From: Balanoglossus misakiensis
Lineage: Eukaryota > Animalia > Hemichordata
Length of the DNA stretch: 64,000 nucleotides
Direction of reading: 5' to 3'
Assembly (NCBI GenBank): GCA_040954595.2
Contig: CM082576.2
Coordinates: 8,187,129 to 8,251,128 of the forward strand
The notes beneath the pieces were generated by a model. It was not told where the DNA came from. It searched no databases and worked only from the letters and a program-made list of their open reading frames with translations. Below, in pieces: positions 1-12,700 of this stretch (position 1 is the stretch's first letter; every line of letters starts with the position of its first letter). The translations under genes were made by a program, and so were the position numbers.

Positions 1-3000
1 ATGGGTGAGCTGACTCGGGTACGGTTGCATTCGCAAAAATACCGGGTCGGTAGCTCTGACCTGATAAAAGAAATTCGCATCAGGTGTTCAGAGGGAAGTA
101 AGTACGTGTACCTTTTATCCGATGTATTCCGGTGTAGAATGGTTCTGAAATTCGCTGACAGTCTTCAATATCTGCAAGTGCCGTCCAACGATACTGGTTA
201 CAGACACTGTAAGAACCCGGTTCGCTCAGTTTGCGGACAGGTGTTGTGGTCTCCACAGTCATCGACGCAGAATGAGTCAATTGGCCAGGTTTTCCCTATT
301 CTATAGCGTAAAGAAGGACGAATGTAGACTCCCCAAGTGTAGAGAAAGTTGCGACTGAAAGACTCCCTAAGCCCCTGTTTCGTTGACACTTGCACACCAA
401 TCACGTGCAATGTGGTCTAATATTTTTGATTCTTATGCGTTTTGTCTATGATCAGCATTGGGCCAATGAAATGCTCGATTTGCGCATGGTCAGTGGGTTT
501 CAAGAATACCGGAAATGAAAAGCGACAAGCACAACAAGAATATATACAGTCTCACTTGTTCATCCTTGAAAACGACACAAAACCACCATATACCCTCCCC
601 CTCCCTCCACACACACCACCACCACCACCGCCGACTTGTTTTATTCGAGTAGTGGTTGCACAGCCATACATTATACAGTGGCGTGTAAATTTATGTTGCA
701 GAATCACTCAACAAAATGTCGGTAAATCATTCTCCGCATTAATACAGAGCGGAGATGCTGTGGCCCATCAGCCGTGAAACGAGAAGAATACACTTCTGAT
801 TTTATCGACAACCTGGAGGAGAGAAACGCCTTCCGCAATAAGCGATGAAATGGAGCGGACAAGTGGACGATTTACTCCGGCCCCTGGAATCCATAGCGCC
901 CAAAGCGGGGCAACTCGCACGCGAAGAAGTTGGTGCGCGCGCGAGGCAGTCGAGAATAGACGCGATGTTTTCTGATTCCCTTCTCTGAAAATAGCAGCAG
1001 ACCTTTCAGTCAGTGAAAAGAGACACGCACCACTCTATGATAACATATCACTATAAGATCATTTCGCTGACGAATCGACTGCAGAATTGGAATTAGTACT
1101 TTATACTTGATTGATGTGCTTTCACGTTGTCGACTCACACGTCGGATTTATTACGAAACACATTTAAGCTCTTCGGTGATCAGATGCGGCTAGTTGCCGT
1201 TTCCAATAATCTTCTTTTGAATTGCAATTACTTTTTCATGATTTCCTGATTGAATCGTTTTCAAGTTGTGTGGCAGGCTCCGGCGCCGGTACATGTACTT
1301 TTAATGGATTGAATGTTTCTGTAGGTCTAGTACGCCTTTTTCACGAATTTATGACTTCGGTTGGAGTGGAAGGGCGTTGTCCCGGCATCTGCAGGTCATA
1401 TTAGAAGCTTGGTTGCCGAACATGTCAAGTTATTAAAAGTGGCATATGTTATGTGCAGCTGAACCTTTGTTTCCCTTTCTGTTTACGAAATTCAATAAAC
1501 AGTTCAGAGCACAGAGAAAAATTCGAGTTAACCAGCAGAAATTCGTCAAACCCACATACTTGCCTTCTACGGCAGATTAACCAGGGTTTGTCATTAAAGG
1601 TAGCCATACGTTGATATTTGCAGGCGGATGTAACTGTATGAGCATGTCTCCCAAAATAAATGTCATTTGCCACGCAGGGCAGGGTACGAGAAGTAATTCG
1701 ACCAGAATTATTTGCCGGGGTTTGCTTCATGATAAAAACTCAAAACAGCATCACGATGAAGACAACATAAGTTAATCGTGATAACTCGACCAGTACATGC
1801 ACGGAATCTGCTCGCTGATTTTGTTGACACGTGACTAAACGGTGGAGTGATAGGTGTGTTCATGCGCTTGTTAGAACTTAGATGTTGTGTAATTTACGAC
1901 AGGTTAGTGTTTACTTGTCAACGTTCTAACCCCATTATATACGTGTCCAGTTAAACGTCGCTGTCCATTCTTTATGGTGCACGAGGAGAATAAAATGTAA
2001 AATGTGTCAATATACTCATAATCGAATTGCTGCGTTTCTCTGGAGAAAATACTCCTGACGGAAATTATGCGGGCACTGTGTACACGCTGAGTTTTTGTGA
2101 ATGTTATACATAGCGAAAGAGAGAGCGAGAGAGAAGGGGGGGGGGGAGGAAGGAGAGAGTCAGATATACTTAGATGCACACAGATGGTTACCGCTTTCAT
2201 CAGTTGATAAATCGTTTGTTTTTACACATCACTAATGTCTAATACGCTATGGTATTTAAAATCGAATGTACAGTTAATGGAAATGGCTTTGTGGGCGCTC
2301 GACTCAACCATTATAAGTATTCATTCAAAACTTGCGCTTTTATGAGCTTCACAAAAATGTTGTCGATAGTTGATTGCGTCCTTCCTGGCCTTTATTAGGT
2401 CATAAATCGAATCACATATATCGACGGCTAGAAGGCATCGGGCCTCTTTTGATTGCGTGGTTTTCCTGTGAGTATAATTGTAAAGGCCTTGCTTAACTGC
2501 TTTATCAGACGGGCAATCTCTTTATCACCATCTAAAAGAGAGAATTCCGCTTCCCGCTTCGGGAATGGGTCTATTCTTTTTGCTCTTCAACTCGCCCAAT
2601 GGCAACCGACCTGTCAGAATGGAACGGATGCCCGAGATTTAGAGTGAGGATTTGATCAAAGTGATGAGAGATGTGGGAGAGGGTCAGGCAGGCGGACCAC
2701 AGAGTTTATCACGGTGCTGGGAATTACAGCTTGTTCTATAAAATACACAGCGAACGATAACATTACAGTGTGATAAAATATGCGATGCTTCCAGGTTCGA
2801 CGGTGAAAACATTTTCCAGGCAGAAGCCAAACTACTTCCATATTTAATGTCCTTCGCCGAGGAACAATATCGTGTACCTTTACCGACCTTAATCAAAGGC
2901 AATGCCGTGTAAAATTTGTGTAAAGTTCCCGGATAACAACGTTATAAGGCTTTCTCGTAATAGTCGTGTGTCATGCACTGCAATGAAACAAGTTATGTAC

Positions 3001-5680
3001 CGCGATGATTAACAATGTCGTAAACACGACACGAGGGCTTCAGTTAATCGAACGAATAAAAGAGATACCCTAATAGTGTATCCGGGTCTTATGGAGATAT
3101 CAATCGAAACACGAACTCGCCCGATCAACTCATTCATTAATCTGGACAGTGCAGGAAGTAACATCCGCATGGAAATACCAACCGCCATTGTGATTGCCGC
3201 GCACATGCTCTTATCTTTACTGGTACATGTACATATACATCCATTACTAAAATAGAGTTTGTCAAGGTTTTCTCCTCCCGTCAGTAAAAAAAGATTGAAA
3301 TACATGTATTCTGCAGTACCTTTAAACAATAAATAATTTGGCTCCTGACATATTAGAGTAGCCAAACGCTTTTGTTTCTCAGTCTATGAAGTCAACGCAT
3401 CTGCTAAGGGATATCCTGAGGCGTGGCACCGACAACTTGCACTGTTGTCGGTTTGTATGCTGTGTGTGTTCAGAACAGTAAATGCAATCGAATGGGGGGG
3501 AAGACTGGGAGTATTTGTTAGCCCGCGGATTACGTGACTATGTCAAATTGATATAGAAGCGAATAAGATACATGTGTATCTACATGTGATTGAATCTATC
3601 GTCGGTGAGCCTTAATGAAACGAAATACGTAAACCCTAATTTCCGCACATGAGAATCCGTGACGAGGACATTTGTTCCCGGAGAATATTGGAATTGTAAG
3701 AAGGGAGTGGATTTGATCAATCCAAAAGGCAATACGACACAGTCTGTGGTTTTAAAACATCCTGCAACAGGTAAAACGTACATGTAATATCAGAATGATA
3801 AGCTTCACATTCGTCTGGTTACTATGGTAACGCAGAAGCACCGCCGCGCTGCGTGCAAACACACGTCTGGACTATACGCGAACGGCGAGGATATTGTTTT
3901 GACGGGTGCGATGAAGTCAATTGAGAAATGCGCAATTAATTTCACATAAGGACACACATCGGTGAAACTGACGCGCGCAGTTCATCGCGTTTAAGGGAAA
4001 AACACCGTGTTACCACATTGCAAATACCCAATGTACTAATGGATTGGCCCATGAATTCATAAGGCACATATGTTAAGTCCTTACAATCCATTGCAATGTG
4101 AATTATAATACTCTGTTTCGCAAATAAATCAACTCTATAGTTAATAAAAAATGGGAACCACGTCAACAGAGACAGTTCATCTCCGTGATGCGAACATTCC
4201 CTGAGTTAAACATCAAAGCTTTAAAAAAAATAAATCTTGATAATTCCTTGCGAACCACAGTTACCGACGGAAGTGATCTTACAATGCAGAATGGTTTAGT
4301 AACAAACGCAGATGTGCGCAGTCTTTTATGCAAAGTAACAAACATGTGTCTAGACACGTCAACGTGGCTTTCGATTTTCCACTCCTGAGATTTGACTCTA
4401 CGTACTAGTATTCCCTCCTCGAACATAAAACCTGCGTTCTTTTGCAAATACACACTCCACTGACCAAACGCACTGGCAAGAGCAACCCGTATAAAATCCA
4501 CACTGACAAAATCAATCGTCCTTCTAGAATGCAAACACTAGGTTTATACAACTGTTAATAGTAGAATTTGCACGGTTTCGTTAAATAAGAACATTTACAA
4601 CCATGTCGGATCAGCTACAGTACTTCTTTGTTTTTAGATCAAGGTCGTGTGAAATTATTTATTGGTATTATGACATGCGACGAGGCAAAGTTTGAGTAAT
4701 AGCCAATTACACCAGGGTCGTAAAACCCGACTTGGAATTTATTAAAATCGTGACCTACTTAAGAGAGAGTGATACTGAAAATGCGTAGGCTTACATGTAC
4801 CCCAACCTCGCTTCATCCTCCGAAATTAAGGAAATTTGTCGGCGTGTACATCCAAGTGTCTAAGATTACACGTCGAGCCGTAGGGGCGTCCATAGTCCTA
4901 CGTGACGTAATGTTAATATCGGGGATTGAAAAGTTAATAATAAATTTTTATGAATTATACACGATGTTATGAAATATCCGGGAATGTTGCGACATATTAC
5001 TCACTAGAAACAAGAACTTGATATCTGGCTCCAGTAAATTAATATTATTGTTTCTTGCGATCTTATTATTTTAATATTTAACGGGTATGCAATATTTATT
5101 TCTGGGTTAGGTTTCAATAATTAGAATGTTATGGTAACTTTATCTCGCCGTTGTCAGCTGTGGTCGTTACTTTCTTTTGTAGAGTGGCTGAATGCTTAAA
5201 AGAAGATTCAGACGAAGTTTCTATTCTCTCTGTACATTTGTCGTGCGCATGCAGACACACGTGTATCAATCAAAACATTTTATCTACCTTGGTGAATAGA
5301 CGGTGTATGCTGATTAGAATGACACTTCGCTCATGGCCCTAGCTCAAGTTACGTGGTTTACCCTATACCCGCGCCTTCAAGCAATGGACTGCAGTGCCTC
5401 TGTACGCGAACACGATACCCGTTTCCTGTGTATCGCCCACTTTCCCGTGGGGCTGTGCGATGCTGCCCTGATCACTGAACCGTCGCAGAAAACAAGCTCC
5501 ACTGCCTGGCTCAGGGACCAACAGCGATTGCGGTAATGAGCAGGAAGCTGTACTGTATTGGTTTACGAAATAGAACGTTGAAATAGCAAGCAACGTGCCT
5601 AAACTTGGTTTGAATTCATCCCACCGTTCTCGAGATATCGATGACAGAGAGAGAGATGGTTAGATACACACTCACAGACA

Positions 5681-5710
5681 CGCGACAGACAGACAGACAG
5701 ACAGACAGAC
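5681..5710. repeat. (GACA)n microsatellite, probably the tail of an interspersed repeat
   Basis: cgcgacagacagacagacagacagacagac is visible directly, preceded by short (GA)n and (CA)n tracts. Confidence 0.8.
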
Positions 5711-8700
5711 ATGGCACCACAGTGTTACACGGGGGCTGATGCGCACACGCCGACATTGATGTTACCCCTTCATGACATCAATGTCCTCCATTGGGAAAAT
5801 GGACGAAATTACATAAAATGGGTAAAAAGTTTACGTAGGCCCAGATATTGGCAATTGTAACAATTCCGGCATAAGCTCAAGTATCCAATATCGAGAATTG
5901 CCGCCGCATTTGTCGAAATTGTCGACAGTCTCAATAGCTTCCGAACGTCTTAACGAATATGAAGCCCGAAAGGGTTTCCTAAGTGCCAAAGTGAGTGTCT
6001 CAGTGTCAATCAAATCTCCCGCCACCCAGCTGTGACGTCACGGTGTAATTTGCTCAGTGTGTACATATCATATTTTTTTTCTTTACGTAAATATGTTATT
6101 ACAACCATTTTCCCTTCTAGTGCCGATTTCATTAATGCAATCACTCTAATTCATTCGGTTCACGTGAAATCGGGTTGTGCGTGATTTCTGCGAAATAGTA
6201 ACTTCTTCCGCGAAATAGAAGTCAAAATACGGAAACCGGCATAGACACATGCAAGACAGGAGTCGTGTGTTCTATTGTGGCACCCGCAGAAAGAGGTTTT
6301 TCCTTGCACGCATGGCAACGGTGGATGGTTGTCCTGTTGATAGAGCCTCTGATTGTTAATGGTTGTCACGAGATTTCCAGGATATTTCTAGGCATCTTTC
6401 AGACTTTTCAGTGGCCGCTTAATTTTTCCAGACCAAAGGCTGCGCGTCGCTCTGCAACTTCCTATCTTGAGTCTTGTTATAGAGAACGCGCCTGCAACCT
6501 CAAACCGCGCAGACGCACCCGTTTATTCAACTGACCATTGTAAGAGTACACAACTATCGCTACATGCGCACATGGGTATTAAAATCCCCACAAAGTCAAA
6601 AAAGGTGTTTTTATCGAAAAAGACAAGGGGAAAATTGAAATATATACCCAATAAAATAAAGTAAAAGAGGCAGCTATTGGGAATCCCACTTTTGCTTTTG
6701 ATAAACGGCGCAATGGTTGCGGTTATCATGTTAGCGACTTCTCTACAATACCATCTCCCTTAGCAACGGTTCTTGATAAGGATATAACATATGAGAAAAA
6801 GTGAAAGTGAATATCGCTTTGTCCAGACTGTCAGTTAAGGGAGGCGACGACTCAGATCGTCACGTACAATGTATTTTATGCGGGTGGTAATCACCATATA
6901 TCACCACGTGTGATCACAATAGATAATGCACGTCCCGGTCACATTGTCATGCAAATATTTGTGGCTATCACATTTTACGATGTCGACCGAGTGGCACCAG
7001 GCACGCTTTCATCATCCACTACCTGGTCAGCGCCTAATTGGAAGATTTCAATCAACTATACCGAAAACAGCTGAGACGGCCGGCTCATGCGTACAAACAC
7101 AGGGACTTTGATACAAATGAGAGGCTCACGAAGAGCATATCCCAACCACAGACAATATCGAATTGTATAGAAGTCGTTTAGTAAGAAACCAGGCCTTTAA
7201 CTGGCAAACCTCAACTATACTGTAAACAGTCTGTGATTTCTGCTGATGTTCTGGTATCAGTCTATACTCGCATAGAATATTTTTTTTTTAAAATAAGTTT
7301 TATGAGTGTCCATCAAATTCGAAAACATCTCACACTTTCTTGGCGCAGTAACAGTCACACAATTGAGGACAAGGGTATAACCGCCATTAATTTAATCGGT
7401 CACTTCAAATTGCGGGCCTCTAAATTCGGTCACATTAAGCATCCGTGTCGCTTCAACCTCGGGTAATTTAATTTTGCAATTTCCCGTTCAGGGGAAAATT
7501 CTCCGTGTTGCATACCAAGTTTTTTTGTCTATTTTAGTCACGATTAAATGAGCCGATTCCGCGCAGTACAGCGCACACTTCTTGGTCATCGGATCTGACA
7601 CTGAATGCCATATAACCCTCTTCCACCATTGGTCACGAAGAGCAGCATATCCTATATATAAACTTAATTGAAATGCTACAGGTAATGACGTCCGCTGGGA
7701 GAAGCGGGGCAATTGTCGGGTCGAGTGCAACGGATCTGCTTTGTAAGTGAACTTTAGTTTCACGTTGTAAGTGAATCTGAACTCCAGTAGGTCGACTTTC
7801 ACACACTGGTGCACTAGCTAATTGTTCCCACTGACGATACATTATACGCTTTTTTGAAATTTGCTCTTCGAATTTTGACTTTCAGTGACCGTCTGTTTGT
7901 TTCGAGCGATATTACAAGCTCTGTTCATTTGGGATGTTCGACGCCAATAGCCAAAAACAAGTAAAAAAAAACAAGCCCTTTAACTTCAGAAACTGGCGAC
8001 GTGACTCTCTCCTCGTTCATTGAAAGCTTTTAAAATAGGCTGGTTCTGATAATGTTCACCGGGACGTTTGAAGTGTATCGTGGTTTAATAATAAGATAAT
8101 GTTCGCTGAAAGCTTCAGAATTGCTCTGGTTTAGATAATATAGTAACATAATATTTTTACTGCAGAATTTTGAAAACGGCAGCTTCACTTACGTCTTATT
8201 TAATTTGCGAGTTTATTGCCCATAGGGAATTATTTGTTTTTACTGAATCAGGCTGGTTATCGGGGAGAAAAATGATAAATTTGTACGATGAGTGCCACTA
8301 AAATAGAAATCTACAAATTTGCTTGATTTTAACGAAGAGTCATTTGCTGTAAGATGTCGGCTTTACTGCATATACAGTTAATGCTCTGTAACTTTTAGCG
8401 ACTTTTCAGTATTCTTCTTTTGTTTACCAAATCTTCGCTTACACGACGATTAGGCATAAAACTTACTACTACAAAGCGTACTTTTGGCAACAACGCACTA
8501 ATGGATAGGAAAAATCGTTGAAGGGTGTACAGAAGGAATTGTATTGTCGGTAAAATGTCCTATTACAAAGTGTTAGTCTTTGGTACACAGCATGCAATGC
8601 AACCACGTCACGCAGGTGCGACACACTGAACGCTTTGACGGTTCATTACTCCCAATACGGGCGCTCACACTTACAATTATCGCGAATTGCGAGAATTAGG

Positions 8701-9075
8701 TCGACGTCTTTTATAAGTAGAAAGCGCAGTGAATTGGTTAGTTGGATCAGGATTGCTTTTCGGCTTTCAAAGGCTTGTAATAGCAAGGGAGATAACACGT
8801 GGGCACTTTTGGCGGTGTTTAAGATTTAAATGAGTGGATTGCGTCTCTAGAATAGTATTATCAATTGTTGGTGATGCGTGCTTTAGTTGTGACCTGTAGG
8901 GGGCGCCGTCACCATGGATATTGCATGGAAATATGAAGAAACGTTCTACCATACGACGAAAGTCCGACTTTATCATAACTGGTTGGCCTTTAATTATTGT
9001 TTGTAAAACAGTCTCGTTCATTTTAGCCTCAGGTAAGATAATATCTCAGGTGTGAATCGTTCAGCTGTTTAGCTC

Positions 9076-9147
9076 GCCGTGATCGTCTAGTGGTTAGGAC
9101 ATTGCGTTGTGGCCGCAATAACCCAGGTTCGAATCCTGGTCTCGGCA
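9076..9147 (+). tRNA. tRNA-His (GUG), copy 1
   Basis: 72-nt GCCGTGATCGTCTAGTGGTTAGGACATTGCGTTGTGGCCGCAATAACCCAGGTTCGAATCCTGGTCTCGGCA. Has A box, B box GGTTCGAATCC, anticodon arm TTGCG-TTGTGGC-CGCAA, and a T6 Pol III terminator at about 9186-9191. Confidence 0.95.
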
Positions 9148-9267
9148 TTACCCTCTCGGTGTAATGAGACGGCAAAGTTGACAAATTTTTTATATCACAT
9201 GCATCCCGTTCATTTTAGCCTCATGTAAGATAACATCAAATGTGAGAATCGTTCAGCTGTTTAGCTC

Positions 9268-9339
9268 GCCGTGATCGTCTAGTGGTTAGGACATTGCGTT
9301 GTGGCCGCAATAACCCAGGTTCGAATCCTGGTCTCGGCA
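9268..9339 (+). tRNA. tRNA-His (GUG), copy 2
   Basis: Identical to copy 1 and followed by an oligo-T terminator. Confidence 0.95.
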
Positions 9340-9459
9340 TTACCCTCTCGGTGTAATGAGACGGCAAAGTTGACAAATTTTTTATATCACATGCATCCCG
9401 TTCATTTTAGCCTCAGGTAAGATAACATCAAATGTGAGAATCGTTCAGCTGTTTAGCTC

Positions 9460-9531
9460 GCCGTGATCGTCTAGTGGTTAGGACATTGCGTTGTGGCCGC
9501 AATAACCCAGGTTCGAATCCTGGTCTCGGCA
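9460..9531 (+). tRNA. tRNA-His (GUG), copy 3
   Basis: Identical to copy 1 and followed by a T8 run. Confidence 0.95.
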
Positions 9532-9705
9532 TTACCCTCTCGGTGTAATGAGACGGCAAAGTTGACAATTTTTTTTATATCATATCTCGTTCATTTTAGC
9601 CTCAGGTAAGATAACATTGGGACATTGGAAAAGTCAGAACTACGGTAAAGTTCTTCAGGCTGGCAGTAGCCAAAAGCCCGACCGTTGGCGGCGCTTTATT
9701 TCAAA

Positions 9706-12700
9706 ATGGCGACGCACAGTGAGGATACACGTGAATCCGAGCTGACACGGCTTCGACAAGAATTAGCGATAAAAACGAAAGAAATTGACGACTTACAGCG
9801 AAAGTTACAACTCTATGAGGTGAGAATTAACATTTACCGAAGTTTTGACTGCATGAATATTGTAACGCGTGATCATAGATCTAACCACGGTCATTCCACA
9901 CATGTGTGAGTGACCGTGATCTAACCGAGAAAACTCCCAGTGCCTTTGGCAACAAATTCTGAACAATTTTTTTCTAACTTTTTATGTACTCAACAGAGTA
10001 AATCAACTTCAACAATTGATGTAATCGATTCACATTTACACAAAATACCCCATTTATCACCAAGAGAGAAACTGGACAACAAGAGCATTGCTAGACATAG
10101 CAGACAGCTTATCCTGCCTGAAATTGGGGTCAAAGGTCAGTGTTCATTTCCGAACTACAATATATCTGAAAATAAAACTGAACTTAACTCAGTCACTGTT
10201 TTATTTACTGTAGAGATTTGAACATCAATCGTATGGTTTCTTTGAAGGAAGTCATCAAGCAAATGTATATAAAATTTCCCATTGATTCGAGTCAGTGAAA
10301 GTTTGATAGAAAAAAAAACACTTACTCACAATTCCATGTATTTTTTCTATTATTATTATTAGTTTTTTATTGGATTTTTGATCATGATTATCAAAACCTT
10401 CTCCATGCAGATTGAAAGTTAATTGTTAAATTGTTGGGTTCACAGGTCAAGTAGCCTTAGCCAACACATCTGTGCTGATAGTTGGTGCTGGTGGACTTGG
10501 TTGTCCATCTGCTGTCTACTTGGCTGCAGCTGGTGTGGGTAAGTTGGTTAAAATGCATCGTGTAGAATAGATCATGGAATGAGTGATTGACCTTTAGTGA
10601 AAAAAAGACTTTGCTAATGAAATCGCTGGAGCACATTTCTGTAATATTGCCATTGTATTAAAATGACAGCTGTCTGCCCCAGAGAGCGCCACCACCGTTC
10701 GTAGGGTTTAATATCCTTAGGATTTCACCTTGCCATCCATGTGATTGCCCCTGTTAGGCTAGACCCTGTGGTCATATTCAAGAGATTAGAAATCCCGGCA
10801 CAACAATTCAATCATCGTACTTCAAATACCAAGCACTCCCAAGTGAGAAATGTTTCATTTGATGGAATTTCAAATTTGTCAACGTAAGGCTGGGTGCATG
10901 CAGTATTCTGTGGGAGTTCTGAAAGACTGATAAGTCCCAAAAACAGTGAAGCAATCTCCACATCTTAGTAAGCTGTGCTTTGATATTGTTGTGGAGGTCA
11001 TGCCTTTTTACTCGGGTTAATCACATCATTATCCTTCCTGACTTACATACTCCAGAGCACAAATTTTTGCCTTCCGTCTCTCCTCAGGTCGTCTGGGTTT
11101 CGTTGACTACGACGAGGTTGAGCTGAGTAACCTCCATCGGCAGGTGTTACACACGGAAGACAGAATAGGCATCCCTAAGTCGGCATCCGCTGTCACTGCT
11201 GTCAAAGGGTAAGTCCTTTAGGGTGATGTCTTGCCGAGTGGTCATCTGTCAATTTATCTTTGGCCTTACCTGGAGATGTGGTTGCTTGCCTGTCAACTTT
11301 TCCTCCCAAGAACACTTAACATGCACCGGTGCCCTGGCAACAATAAATTTGCAACCATCATCTGTCCAGAAAGGCAGAAAGTTTTCCATCCAATACATGT
11401 GGTCTACATGTAAACTAATGGTAATTCAAGGACTTTTTTTTTTAAAAGAAATGTCTGCTTAAACCAAGTGCTCAGTATTTCATCTTCACACACAGAGTCG
11501 TAAGTTCTGACACCATTTTTGTAATCCCCTCTCCACAGATTGAATTCTTCAGTAGTATGTGTGCCGTACCATCTGCCTTTGAACAGCTCCAATGCTCTGC
11601 AGATTATTTCACAGTATCTTTTCTCATCATAATTGATTGGAGAACATACAAGCTTTAGAATAAACCAACACTTGTTTATAATTTCTGAATACTGATTTTG
11701 GACTTTTCTGACTGTACTGTGTTGCTAGGGTTTTAATTCCTTAACGACAGCTTAGATTTGACATAATCTTGGACTGTACTGACAATGTGGCCACGCGGTA
11801 TTTACTGAACGATGCCTGTGTACTCAGTGGTAAACCACTGGTGTCCGGAAGTGCTCTGAGATTTGAAGGACAGGTATGTTACTACATCTTTGCAGACATC
11901 TCAATTTCTGTGATCTAAAAAAATAATTAACGGTAGTATTTTTTTTCATTGAGTCATCATGCCTTAATGTAAATCAATTTTTTAATCTGTCATCAGCTGA
12001 CTGTCTACAACTACAAAGATGGACCGTGTTACAGGTGTTTATATCCAACTCCGCCACCGCCAGAAACTGTCACAAATTGCTCCGATGGAGGGGTGCTTGG
12101 TGTAGGTATGTCTGCTGTGTGATCTGACAATCCACAATGTGAATTTCATTATTTTTCTCCAATCTAGAATTGAAAATGAATTGACACAGCAAAAGTAGCG
12201 ACATTCAACTCATCAAATTCGCAACATAGTCTCGTCTTTCTGTAGTTTGACAGACAAACGTGCAGAATGCAATTAAAGAAATTACTACTTTTGACACACT
12301 TTCCTTTCCTGTCACACAGTTCCTGGTATAATAGGTTGTGTACAAGCATTAGAAGCCATCAAGATTGCTACTGGCATTGGTCGTATCCTTTTACCAGCAG
12401 AATTATACTTTCTACACAAATAGGTCACTACATTATTGATGCGTCGGGTTCATACATTAGGGGTTAGCATTTCAATTATTCAGAAATGAGGCAATCCATC
12501 TGTAGAAATGATTGAGAGTAGTGGTAGCTGATCAGGCAAATGGCAAAAAACGTCAAATTTCTGTCAGAAGCCGTGGTTCAATTTTCAGAAGTTGCAGAAA
12601 AAATTATCGAATTCAAGGTTTTAAAGTCAGGTTGTGATTTGTAATACATGTATGAATGTGGTCTCCATTGGGACTTTCCGCAATAACTTCCATTATCCCT

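Larger units (their letters stand above)
9013..9617 (+). repeat. Tandem array of a 192-bp unit (3 full copies plus a partial fourth), each full copy carrying a tRNA-His gene
   Basis: cgttcattttagcctca[g/t]gtaagataa recurs at about 9015, 9206, 9398 and 9588. tRNA starts are exactly 192 bp apart (9076, 9268, 9460). The units are nearly identical. Confidence 0.95.

Noticed and set aside
9013-9617. Regular repeats superficially resembling a CRISPR array
   Set aside because: The whole 192-bp unit repeats with no unique spacers, each unit holds a tRNA gene, the context is eukaryotic, and no cas genes are present.
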